From Bugula neritina (Eukaryota; Animalia; Bryozoa), in NCBI GenBank assembly GCA_964035545.1, contig OZ037767.1:6712707-6776706 (forward strand): a DNA stretch of 64,000 nt, given 5' to 3'. Each line of letters begins with the position of its first letter. The stretch's first letter is position 1. Made by a program: the position numbers and the translations under genes. Positions 50,553 through 63,383 of this stretch are shown here, piece after piece. Under the pieces are notes generated by a model, which did not search any database, was not told the DNA's origin, and was given only the letters and a program-made list of their open reading frames with translations.

Positions 50553-52314
50553 CATCACCAGCTACCAAAAGCATCTTTTTAAATTCACGCCTCATCATTT
50601 TTATGTCTAAAAGAATGTATTTTTATGTACTTTGTATGCAGTTTCTGGTAGATAGAAAGCTGGAAATATTTGCACTTTTGTATGTCTGAAGTTTTCAAAT
50701 AATAAATATTTTGTATTCGAGGTGTTGCGTGTTTATTTCTTATGGAATGCTGCAAGCAATGATATAAGCAGGCCTTGCACATTTTTCATAGTGTGTAATT
50801 TTGGAATCAGTAAAGCTAAATTCCAGATGACAACAAAAATGGCACAAATACTTCCATACACAGTCCAGGGTTTATTGAATGCGGATTCTATCAGTTTAGC
50901 TCATGGGAGACAACTGCTCAAACTAATTAGTGTCATGAATACTGTGGTCATGTGTTTCTGCTACCAAATACTGTACATTAGTTTATATTGACTAGCTCTA
51001 ATTGTTGTAATTATCATATTTAATCTAAGCATTATGTCTTGCTTAACAGGTTTATTTGATGACATTTGGTACTGAACATTACTTCTAAACAGTAGGACAT
51101 AAATGTATAATATCCGATATTACAGTAAAATAAATCTCGTTAAATAGCTAATTAAACAATTTTGTGAGTTCATGTTGTTGAAGATGTGATTTTACTTTGC
51201 CATTTAAAGCTTTATTCAAGTGAAACAATTTAACCCTTAGTTTATTGATAAACTTAAACATAATTATTCGCATATTTAGAGGCTACATAAATAACAACTC
51301 AAAATTTTAAAAAGTGACAAAATCAGGTCACTTGTCAGAAAGGGTTGACTCATGCTCGCTGCCTTGGAAGTTGTCACTATATTTCCTTATGGAAAGTTTG
51401 TATTAGAATGTGAATTGCTGCCTTTGACACTTGCAAACATTAGATAAGATAAACCTAAAATGTTCTAATAAACAGATGCCAGAATGGCATACATTATGGC
51501 CTCATTCTAGCAGCTAACTATTACATTAGGATCATTGATGCCAATAAAAGTATTTTATAGAATTTTTCTATTTTTAGCAAGTTAGAATTTTGCATGTAGA
51601 TTGTAATAACTGACACCTGTGTAATCTTGTATACCACCATTATCACCAAACAGACTAGTATATGTTAGCGTTTCATTGTAAATGTTAAAAAGGCCATACG
51701 ATTTTTTATATCCTAGAACCTAAAAGATGTAGGCAATTAAAAAAATGTTCATTATCATCTTTAACTTACAGAAACAGCAAAACCAGCTGAAATAACTAGC
51801 AATAGCTAAAGCAATGTTCAAGCACAAAATAAAATTTAATTGTTTGCATGGGATTTGTAGAAAGCATCTTTCTCGTATATAATATGTAGACAACAGATCA
51901 TACATGATTAAGTAGTGTTTTTTGAAAATAAATTGATTGCTTTTCAAACCAAATACCAGACCTTATAAGCTATAAACTCAACGGCGAAGTAAAATTATTT
52001 ATGTCTCTGCATCTAATGATGAGTGTGTGTATTGCATTCTATTTCAATTTCATGTTTGATTCCTGTTCAGCCACCACATTTAATTTCCCTAAACTGTATG
52101 ACCTGTTTAAGATTAAAAGAAAAAACAGGTAACAAAAAATTGCAAATTTTTTTAGAAACTTTTCTATTCATGACTGTGAAAGTTCAGAATGCAGCATGTT
52201 TCTAGCATGTTATGTAGATACTGTGAGACTTGGAAGATGTCTGAACTTCCTGAATGTGTTGTGTCATGCTATGCACTGTCTTGCCCTACCAAAAGTGCAT
52301 GACGTATCACTTGC

Positions 52315-53461
52315 ATACATCTAGGTACTTTACCACACATCTAGGTACTTTACTATACATCTAGGTACTTTACTATACATCCAGGTATTTTACTATACAT
52401 CTAGGTATTTTACTATACATTCAGGTACTTTACCATACATCCAGGTACTTTACTGTACATCTAGGTATTTTACTATACATCCAGGTACTTTACTATACAT
52501 CTAGGTATTTTACTATACATCCAGATACTTTACCATACATCTAGGTACTTTACTATACATCTAGGTATTTTACTATACATCTAGGTACTTTACTATACAT
52601 CTAGGTACTTTACTATACATCTAGGTACTTTACTATACATCTAGGTATTTTACTATACATCCAGGTATTTTACTATACATCTAGGTATTTTACTATACAT
52701 CCAGGTACTTTACTATACATCTAGGTACTTTACTATACATCTAGGTATTTTACTATACATCTAGGTATTTTACTATACATCCAGGTATTTTACTATACAT
52801 CTAGGTATTTTACTATACATCTAGGTACTTTACCATACATCTAGGTACTTTACTATACATCTAGGTACTTTACTATACATCTAGGTACTTTACTATACAT
52901 CTAGGTACTTTACTATACATCTAGGTACTTTACTATACATCTAGGTATTTTACTATACATCCAGGTATTTTACTATACATCTAGGTACTTTACCATACAT
53001 CATGCAGATACTTTACCATACATCTAGGTATTTTACCATACATCTAGGTACTTTACTATACATCTAGGTATTTTACCATACATCCAGGTATATTTTACCA
53101 TATACATCTAGGTACTTTACCATACATCTACTAGGTATTTTACCACACATTCAGGTATTTTACTATACATCAGATATTTTACCATACATCCAGGTATATT
53201 TTACCATACATCCAGGTATTTTACCATTCATCAGGTATTTTACCATACATTCAGGTATATTTTACCATATACATCTAGGTAATTTACCATACATCAGATA
53301 TTTTACCATACATCCAGGTATATTTTACCATACATCCAGGTATTTTACCATTCATCAGGTATTTTACCACACATCCAGGTATTTTACCATACATCAGGTC
53401 TCTTACTATACATCAGGTATTTTACCATACATCTAGGTATTTTACCATACATCTAGGTACT
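52315..53461. repeat. 20-bp minisatellite (ATACATCTAGGTACTTTACT)n, about 57 units
   Basis: Strict 20-bp period up to about 53000, then 19-24-bp indel variants. Confidence 0.97.
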
Positions 53462-54702
53462 CCACTCTTTTGTTTCTAATAAAAACAGCTGGTAATATTT
53501 TGTTAAGAGACAGTCATGCAAACTAAATATGCTCTAAGTTTTTGCAATCAAACTGTGGTTTTTACACTGAAAATTGAACACAATTAGATTCAGCAGTGCT
53601 GCTGCAGTTTCATCTTTGCTAATTTGTGAAATATAATTGCCAGCCTGTAGAACTAGTGTCAGCTTGCTGAATTTTTGTCAGGCTGGTTATTTGTTCACTT
53701 AACACTTTCAATTTTTATCAGATTTAAAGTCAGAATGCCTGGTGATGGTGCAAAAAGTTTTTGTTGTTTTGTACTTTTCTACACATCATCTCCACCAGGC
53801 TAACCTTAAAATTTGATGTATTTGTTTTTTCCTTTTTTATCTTTATTCAAACTCTAAAAGCTAAGTTTTCAACAAACTATTATGTCAAAGCACAAAAGAA
53901 ATGACGCAATTTGAAATTAATAATAAACTTCTTCATTAACAAAAGATAACTGCATTTAAAAGCAAATCTATAGGCTACTAAGCTCATCAGCAGACAATGG
54001 AAGTTTTTGACTAAAGAGCAGCAGCAAATAACTGACAGATGCACTTACAAAATTGATTGTCAAAAGAACTGGTAAGTTAATATTGAAGAAGCATTATGTT
54101 ATATGAAGTTTGGTGTTTTTCATTTTATTTTACTCTTCATATATTCGTTTTATATTATATGCAAAATGTTGTATATTAAGAAATGCCCTGTGAAATTATA
54201 GTTGTATATAATTATGGCAATATAGTCGCATAAATTATGAACTAACCTGTTACAAGGTAAGGAACAGTAAAAAAAAATTGGGAAAGTCTGCTATACCTAT
54301 AAAATATAAAAAAGAAATATAAGTGGATTGGTTCAAGATATAGCCTTTAAACGTAAATGAAGCAATGTAGAGGTAGATTAAAAAACTTCTTTTTTATTAT
54401 AAAGTTGAGAGGTTTATTACAAAGCTAAAATGTCTACTATTTTTGACAATATTAAGAACCATTTTGAAGATGACAATACCAATTAATTTACAATGAGCAC
54501 ATTTTATAAACTATGCTTTCTGTGGTTTTATTTTCGAAAATGATTTTACAGAATAGAAAACATTGTAATGATATGCAAATCTGTTGAGTTGAATTAATAG
54601 TCAAAACTTTCACTTTCACCAAATAATGGCTTATAATTTTTTTACATGGTTTTAGTAGCTATGCATCTTGCCTATTGAATTAAACTGTTTCTTTTTTAGA
54701 AA

Positions 54703-57700
54703 ATGAGAAACACTTTAGCCACAGCCGCACTAATTTCGTTAACATTATTTCTGAATACCATAGATGTATCTGCCGAAAGCGAGATATGTGTAAATGATGA
54801 TCGTGTCTGTCGATTGGGTTTTTGCGACATTACAGGTTGCTTGAAATGTGACAAGTATAATGCTATTTGTACCAGCAGTAATCCCAGTGAAATAATACCC
54901 AGGCGGCTGAATTCAAACACCACATTCATGACAATAACATACACAGGTCCACCAGTTGAACTCAGTAGCTCTACGTTCAACCAATTTCACAACTTGAGAA
55001 AGCTCACAATGATTGGTAGAAACATTACAGCTTTGTCTCCTAGAACATTCTTCAATCAGCCACACTTGACTTCTGTTAACTTTACTTTATCTTCCATCTC
55101 TCAACTTCCTTCTATTTTGTTTAATTCAAAAAATGAAATCCGTGACCTTAGCTTTCTTTATGGCAAGTTCAGCCATTTTCCAGTAAATATTTTTCCTAAT
55201 ATTCCAAATGTAGTAGATATGGAATTTTCCTACAATCCCTTAGATAACTGCCGACACAATAAGTTGTCTATTGAGAAAGAGTTTCAAAATCTGACAATGT
55301 TAGCAACTTTACGAATAAATGGTTTTGGAACCAGTCATGAGGATTGTCAAAATATCAGTTCAGACTATCTCCAACCTCTTAGTCATGTTAAATATATTTA
55401 TTTGAGTGAATCAAATATATTTTCTGCTGGTCCAAACATTTTAGCTCCACTAAAAAGTCTCAAGTACTTGGTCATTGACAAATTGCCTTTGTTTCAAAAC
55501 TGTCCATCACAAGCTAGCGAACTGTTCAGAAGCTTGCCCCAGTCATTGACAAGTCTTACACTAAGGTATTGGACAACATCAAACTCTGCAGAGGAATCTT
55601 GCTTTCTGAATAACAGCAGCTTAGCAGGTTTAAAAATGCTTCCTAAACTCGCTGCACTTGACACAAGAAATGGTGAGAAAATTTTTAGTAACACTTTAAC
55701 AAGAGACATATTTGATGGATTCCATAAGCTTAAAGCGCTATCTATTGGATGGTGCGGAATTTCATGGATCAAAGATGGGACTTTTGATTCATTGCCACAA
55801 CTCAAAAACTTAGACCTTGATGGAAATCTATTAGGACCTAGAAAACTCATGCTATTCAGTAAAAATTTTGAGTCAAATATTGCAACAATGAATTTGATCC
55901 ACATCGGCATAAATTCTGCAATACCCTATGATTTAACAAGTTTACTTGACAGCTTCCCAAAGCTCACTTATTTATATTTAAACAGCAATCTTTTACGAGG
56001 TATTCCAATGTTCTTTAATCAAAATGACAGCAGTAATTATAACTCTACCATCATAAATGTAATAAAGTTGAATAACAACTACATTACCACATTCACTCAA
56101 GCTGAGTCTCAAAGATTTTGTAGTGTTATGCCTCATCTTGTTGAGCTTTCTATGGAATACAACAAATTAGCAGATGTCACTGGCGTCAGCGTTTGTAGTA
56201 AAATTATATATCTAAGTTTTGCATATAACCACCTTGGACAAAAACCAAAAGAGAATTTTCAGGCCATATCACAGTTATCTTTGAAACACTTAGATTTAAC
56301 TGACAATCAACTCACATACATACCAAACTCCTTATTTGACAATATGCCTGAGCTAAGCGTTCTTCTTCTGGCTCAGAATGCTATCACCGCTCTGCCAAAC
56401 AACCTACCACCAGGAATAACAGTCTTAAATATAAACTCTAATGATTTTTCAACGTTTTATGCGTCCGATGTAAAGGAATTGAGTTCACTCGTCTCACTTT
56501 ATATCCAAGACAATTCAATTACTTCATTGTCAAACAAAACACTGGAAAGCTTAGAAAAGAATTTTAAAAAACTCACACTGTTTGCGTTTAATAAAAACCC
56601 ATTTGTTTGCCCGTGTGATACTTATTTTAAAGACTGGTTACATGTATCTTCCATTACAATGCTTACTAAAGATGTAACTTGTAGTCCACCAGAAACAAAA
56701 AATAGAAGTGTAACTGTAAAAGTTATTGAGTATACACCAGATAGGTTTTTCTGCTTTATAAAAGTGCCTTTATTATATTCTGGCATTGTGGTGGCTGGAA
56801 TATTAGTCAGTCTGATGATTGCCCTCCCATGTTACAAGTATCGCTGGTATATTAGTCACTGTCGTGTGGTAGTCAGTGCAGTTATTGACAAGATGAGAGA
56901 AGTGAAGTTTGAACAGCAGTGTGTGTATGATGCATTAGTGTCATACAATACACAGAGTGAAGGGGACACTCAATGGGTAGCTGAGAATCTTCTACCTAGC
57001 TTAGAACAAAGAGATGAAGGGAGAGCTAACGAATCCAATAAGGTGTGTACCACACAACTTCTGTTAAGAGATACTTGATGTTTATTGCAAAACCTTATTA
57101 AATAAAGAATAAGTTATATTATATTTTCAAGCTCCAGTATTGGTCAACAGGCAATGATACATCTAATGTTGTTTTCTAGCCAATCAAAACATCTTAAGCA
57201 ATAATTGACCCAGAAATTTCGGTTTGAATCATTTCACTTATCTCGACACTATGCAACGCTAAATATTTTTGTTATTTATTCATATATTGCTCTTTTCTTT
57301 TAATTAGCAGAGACTGAAGCTATTTATAGCTGATAGAGACTCTGAGCCTGGTGCAAACACACTTACAGAATTGTGTGAAACTCTGGAGAATAGCAGGAAA
57401 ATCATCATTCTTCTAACAAACTCTTACCTCTCTAACCCTGTTTGTCTTCATCAAGCTGAGTTTTTGGCAGGTTTGGGAAAAATTCTAATTGCCTTTCCAA
57501 TATATTTCATACTCAAGCTCATTTTTCAACAAGGTAAAACTAAACTTAGAATATAAAATATCATTTTAAACACATAAAACAAAATATTTAGCATATAAAC
57601 TGTTTACCAGATATATTGGTCGCAGGATGTTATAAAAGAGCAAATGATTAATGCCACAAGTCAGAAATAAGCTGTACTGGCAACCCTTTGTACAGGAATA

Positions 57701-59398
57701 TATTAGATTCGAATTGATGCTTAGAAAGACTTGTGTTACACATCTGTATTTGCAACATTTCATTTAGTGATTTCTAAATAGCTTACTTACGTTTAACGGT
57801 TAGTGAGCATCAATCTCTATTTGTTGTTTTCGTTCAATGAAGGGGGAAACAACAATTTATGAGAACTAATATGTAAATATAAATGCTTATGCAATAATTA
57901 TCAAAATGTCCCCTAGACATTTCACTTATGCAATATTAAAAAGTGAACATATATCTTAATTATCATTTACAGACTGCACAAAAAATCCTTAAACAGTTTG
58001 CGGATGATTGCTTAGATATATTTTAATACTATATGAATTAAGCGTGCCAGGGATTCTTTAATTGTGAAATTTCTTTACCAGTCTTTAATCTACAGGTGGC
58101 ATGTACCAAGTCACATTAACATGTATCACCACTTTCATAGAGAGCTATTTATTAACTTTTTAATGTGAGTTTGTAAGCTGCCAGTATAACACTAATATCT
58201 CTGGTTACCAGGTCAAGACATGGTTGACCACTCGAAGGCTTATCAGTCTAACAGATTTGTCATTCTAATACTTGAAGAACTCAATGAGGAAATGATAAAC
58301 GCACCAATCAACTCTCTGCTTACTGCCAATACAATGGTTATAGATATTGTGAGTATATGACTGTGGGCAGCAAACAATCCAATTAACTCTGTGATAACAA
58401 GTTGTCAATGATATTATGATATCATGACACTGTGTATTTAAATGTTGGTTTCTACTATGTACTGTATGTACATTTGGACAGATGTACTTATGAAAAGTAT
58501 ACGCAAAGCTGTTGTTTGGTTATATACAAACATTAAGTGCAACACAATTTAACTATTCAACTTCCTTACCACATATAGAATGGCTTGTAACTGTGTGCAG
58601 AAATATACACCCGCATTAGGGTGATGATTTCGTACTCTTTTTGTTTTCATAAATTTCTAGTTTATCATGAGATGTAAAGAACACTTTAGCAAAATTAATT
58701 ATTCAACACATGCATAATTTTAACACAGTATATACATTATATTGGAATTTAGCACTTCTAATATGATGTACATACTATATTGTAATAAGGCTATTACTAA
58801 AGGAATGTGGTATGTTCACATTATGACCATATGATTTGTCTAACTCTTTAAAGTAGCTATGCAAACCTGACTATCAAGATTGCATCTATTTAGTAAAAAT
58901 GGTTTGATTTGCACTATCTAGTTTTATTAATCTTAAAATTCATACCTTTTAGGCTAATTGTCACAGTGCAAGTATTAGTCGCTGCTTTTATATAATAATT
59001 TACTAAAACCACTAGTAAAATATGTATATGGAAAATAACCATTATCATCATATCAACAGAGAACACTAATTCTTTTATCTACCGAGCCTGAGACTTGGTT
59101 AGAGATTAATTGTCTTAAGGCAATAAGCTACTAACAAAAAAGTATTATCTACTTTCATTCCGTAATGCATAACTAAATCATTGTACAAAAGTAACACATA
59201 GTTTCACAATGAATATAGTTATTTTTACTTTGTTTGTTTTAGAGCCGATGTCGCAGTAAACAAAAAGCGATGCAAAGAATTTGGAAGAAAGTAGGGAACT
59301 TTATATCTTCACCAAAGTATGTTTACAGACAGAGAAGGAAAACCACAGAGAAAGTTCAGTCTCACTCTGAGGAAGAGAGTGAGCAGCCTTTAATATAA
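54703..59398 (+). CDS. Toll-like receptor (single-cysteine-cluster type): signal peptide, LRRs, LRRCT, TM and TIR
   Basis: Exons 54703-57042, 57308/57311-57470, 58212-58348 and 59243-59398. Many LxxLxLxxN repeats; one LRRCT (NPFVCPC...VTCSPP...FFC); TM LLYSGIVVAGILVSLMIALP; TIR box1 YDALVSY, box2 LFIADRDSEPG, SRKIIILLTNSYL and box3-like RIWKKV. Confidence 0.92.
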
Positions 59399-61704
59399 TG
59401 AATAACTGTTGACACTGCAACTATGCTTGTAAAAACATACTATAGAGTTTAGTCACATGTTGAGCAATACTTAGAACTTATTTTAAATTGAAGTGAATAA
59501 AAATTATTCTATCATTTTATTTTAGTTGAAACTATAATGTACTCAAAAAATATGTATGCTGTACACAGATTCAGGTGCATGTGAGTGTGTGCATGAATAT
59601 TTATAGCACTTATACTGCTTTGATGTCTAAAGTATTTATATATACAATAAAAAGATGTGATTTGTAAAACATCTCATTACTAGTTAATTCCATACATTAG
59701 AGACACTCGAAATAGTCAGCAACTTAAAGTTACACTCATTAGTGTAGAGATACATAAAGAATATCAATTAACTTGTTGGTTTCTGCTGTAACTCAGTAAC
59801 ACACATAAGACGTATTATACCTACTTGCATACAAGCATGCACACATACATGTATGTTACACACATTTATAATACACAAACATATATATATATAATGACAT
59901 ATATATATATATAATGACATTAAATGATTGAGCACTCTCACCATGGTCACAAACTCAAGCTGCTAGCATTTTGCAATGCTCGTGACTCCTAGGTGACCCC
60001 TAGAGTCACTTGAGCACTCTGGCTTGAGTTTACACACCTTTTAAATATGCTTTAGTAAAACTATAAGTTTTACTATTGCGAAGGTGTGGGCCATAGTACT
60101 CTGTTCTGTGCTGACGAGGGGACAAATATATATAAACTTGAAATGCATCAACTTTTGAAAAAAAAACTGTTACATAAAAACCTTTCAACTTATTCCACAC
60201 GGCAGCTTTACCTTTAAACATAGAATTTTCCACTTCAAAAATGACAAAAACGTTTAAAACCTGCACCTGAGCCAACTGATCATCAGACATAATTATAATA
60301 TCAATCTAGATTAAGTGTGTTTAAAATAGTATACTTATTACTCATGTTGTTGTTAAATAAATACCTGACCTATAATTATATAATACTTGTATATATGCGC
60401 AACTCTGGATACTCCATATGCCCTACTTAAATTTACAAATAAAAAAGTATGATCTTTCCTGCTTTTTCCTATGCAACATAAAAAATGGAGCCACTTTACT
60501 GCTTTCAGTTATAGTATAGAATATATTATATTTTGAAAAATTAATTGCATGAAACACGTTCAAACTTGAACTGAAAAATAAAAACACAATTGACCAATAG
60601 GCAGAGGCTGCAGGGTATTTAAAATTTGTTGACTCTAAAATAAATTTTAGATTGCTTAAATCAGCAAAAATGCACATTTTTATTTGGATATGCCAAAATT
60701 GTATATATGTAGGCAACCAGTGGCCAACATCAAACCTAACCAAAACGTTATACCCTGCTTTTTTAACAATTTTACAACTTAATTTGAATGCAATCTATAA
60801 ATTGAGTAAAATGACTAAATTTAACGTATATTGACAATATTAAACAGCAGCTATTTTTTTAGTCCATTATTATTTGCAATGGTTCTAGTCTAGGTAATGT
60901 ACTGGTCAAACGTTTTATGATGTGTTAGAAGTTTGAGAGTTGTCCTTTCATAGAGCAAGTTTTGCCTAATTTTGGTTTACCCGCTTCAGACGATAGCAGC
61001 AAATCCCACAACTAGTGCATAATTTATTGCTAACACAAGACAGGTCAAGGTAAACGTTGTAGTTTTTGAAACTACTAAACTACTTATAATCTCTCAATGT
61101 CCAACTATTGCTGAAGTATATTATTATTAATACTAATAGCAATGCTTTTACTTTACAAGGTTTTACTTTTAGATACTTAGCACTCAACGTCAATTTGTAG
61201 TTTTAGCTGAGTATTTATGTGCTGTTATAATGCTGATTTGTTGAATTTGAGTTTGTAATACTAATTCACTTTCAGTAATCTTAATCTTATACCAATGGCA
61301 ATACTAATAGTAATACTAATAGTAATACTAATAGTAATTGCAATTTCAAATCTGAATCAAAATGTTTTAATAAGTCTAATAGTAATAATAATACTAATAA
61401 TTATAGTAATAGTAATATCTATAAATAAATAGTAATACTAATACTAATAGTAATCTAATGGCAATAGCTAATGATAATACTCAAAGTCAAACTCAAAGTC
61501 AACTTCTAGTGGAGTAAGGAGTAGGACTATAATTATTATTGTATTTGTTGTGACAATGACTGAATGTCAATGAGTAGATAAACTTTTGAATTTAAATAAT
61601 AATATTATTATTAAGTTTAATATTATTGTATTGCAATTTGTAGCAATTTAAAAAGGTTAAGTTTGATTGTCATTCCGGTTGCCAGCACGATATTGACTGC
61701 CTGG

Positions 61705-62048
61705 TGTTGTGAGTTTTAGCACAATTATCAAGCGTGGATTGCCTGCGTATTTAGTTTCAATTTAACTAGCAACTACTAACAGAGCTTGCGTACGATAACC
61801 TTTATTTAATTCGATAAACATAATTATAACAGTATGTCAAAACCACAATACATCAATCAATTATAAACACGTCTAGCTACTACGAGCCCCTGCTCTCAAC
61901 ACACATGGTTTCTGCTAGCTAACCCGCGAACAGTCACTTGACCGGAACCTTGTCTTCCGGTCCTTCTGATTGGATAGTAAAACATAGTTATAAGTATTCC
62001 CAAACAGGAGGAGACAAATGCATTATTATGCTACGTAATCCCATTACA
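61705..62048 (-). mobile_element. Putative 3' LTR (about 344 bp) of a minus-strand LTR retrotransposon
   Basis: On the minus strand, the purine tract GGAGGGGGCGG (62049-62059) directly precedes TGTAATGG. The segment contains CCAAT and an AATAAA (about 61801-61806) and can end ...CACAACA, giving TGT...ACA termini. The distal end is inferred because the 5' LTR is outside the window. Confidence 0.7.
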
Positions 62049-62325
62049 CCGCCCCCTCCAGCAGAAAGCCATACTTTCTGATAAAAACAGAAATAGTATA
62101 ATAATGCAAAAATAAAATAAGTAAAGAAAACTCACAAAGAGAAAGAAGAGAAATACCAAATGTATGACATATATAAACATATAAGTAAGATACGGATAGC
62201 CAGCGTACAACTGGCCAGCTATGAAGAGAGAGTCCTGGATCGTAGGTCATTAGCAGTCAAGCATTTACACGATCACAACGTAGTATCCCGGGAACATGCG
62301 GGATGGAATTGCCAACTGTCAGCTC

Positions 62326-63225
62326 CTACTTTCGTAGGGATTCAATCCGGTGTCGTGCCTGCCGTGCACGTAGCCTACGCTTTAGGCGTCCTACTGAGCC
62401 CTTCAATTCGCTAAGGCCCATTGTGGTACTGAGTAGGTCGGGAGCCAACTGGGTGAGTTCATCCTGTAACCGTGAGAGTCTTTCTTTGACGGTTGCTAGT
62501 CGGGTAGGCCTGGTTGGGGTTGGCGTCGCTTCTTCTGGCGAGTCTGATGCTTCCATAGGGGTATTGTCTAGCCGCGGTATGATTGCAGCGACCGTTTTCA
62601 CCATAGGGGACTTCTGACGGGCGGCTGTTAGTAATGTATAAAATCCGGAGGATAGTGCGGCCCAGGTTAAAGCCTTCTTAACCATTGGTTTGACCGCTTC
62701 TAGGTATTGGTCATAGTTGTCCGCATCTACTACATAGCCCTCGCCTGCGAAACAGTCCATCATGTGAGCCAGGACGGGGTATGGGTACACGTCGTGATAT
62801 CCACACGGACAAAACCGTAGTAGGAAGTGTGCATTCACATGCAGCCGTAGTCCTTGGTGTGAGGGAAGCTCTTCGTAACACACGTGGCAGGTGTGTTGTG
62901 ACCTACTCGGTCCCCAGGCTTCTTCAATTTGCCGCTCCGTTCGTCGTGACACCCATCTGTGTCTTCGACGCAGCACCGCGGGCAGTCCGTTGTCCATTTC
63001 CGGTCCATTATCCGAGGAGGAGAGAGAGTGTAGGTCCTGTGACCCAGAGTTGGTCGATCGAGTGTGATCTGCAAGAGTATAACAGTGTGAGAGGGTACAC
63101 TGAGTACAACCAGCGTATACAGCCTGGTGGGTACTTAACTCAATTAGACACTCGTGAGACTCAGTTAATGAATAGTTGATCGAAAACACACACTGCTGTA
63201 ACAGACTGTTGAGTCTTAGAGTCAA
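62326..63225 (-). CDS. Retroelement accessory ORF: C2H2-type zinc fingers plus C-terminal coiled coil
   Basis: 299-codon open frame; first ATG at 62997 gives 223 aa. CHVC-x12-HVNAH is followed by CPCG-x11-HMMDC. Heptad-rich basic C-terminus RLATVKERLSRLQDELTQL...LSELKGSVGRLKRRLR. Confidence 0.75.
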   Translation of the reverse strand: MTLRLNSLLQQCVFSINYSLTESHECLIELSTHQAVYAGCTQCTLSHCYTLADHTRSTNSGSQDLHSLSSSDNGPEMDNGLPAVLRRRHRWVSRRTERQIEEAWGPSRSQHTCHVCYEELPSHQGLRLHVNAHFLLRFCPCGYHDVYPYPVLAHMMDCFAGEGYVVDADNYDQYLEAVKPMVKKALTWAALSSGFYTLLTAARQKSPMVKTVAAIIPRLDNTPMEASDSPEEATPTPTRPTRLATVKERLSRLQDELTQLAPDLLSTTMGLSELKGSVGRLKRRLRARQARHRIESLRK

Positions 63226-63383
63226 TGTGAATTCTCACCACTAAAAATCATTACCGAGTCTCCAGCTTACTTTATTATAGTTAAGCTGATTAATACAGTT
63301 TAGTTCTCGTACCAAAAACATAACTAACTCACCCCTCGATTCTTGGCAAGCCATTGTGAATGAGAGTGGTATGTTTATGAATT

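Noticed and set aside
52315-53461. Possible CRISPR-like array
   Set aside because: Units are head-to-tail with no unique spacers, there are no cas genes, and the context is eukaryotic; it is a minisatellite.
54280-54289. NF-kappaB site GGGAAAGTCT near the TLR start
   Set aside because: Single site with a mismatch to consensus and unknown TSS; could arise by chance.
54696-55910. Antisense ORFs of 94 and 138 aa
   Set aside because: Shadow frames of the long TLR exon with no independent features.
62160-63179. Plus-strand ORFs overlapping the zinc-finger ORF
   Set aside because: Expected shadow frames in GC-rich coding DNA; no recognisable motifs.
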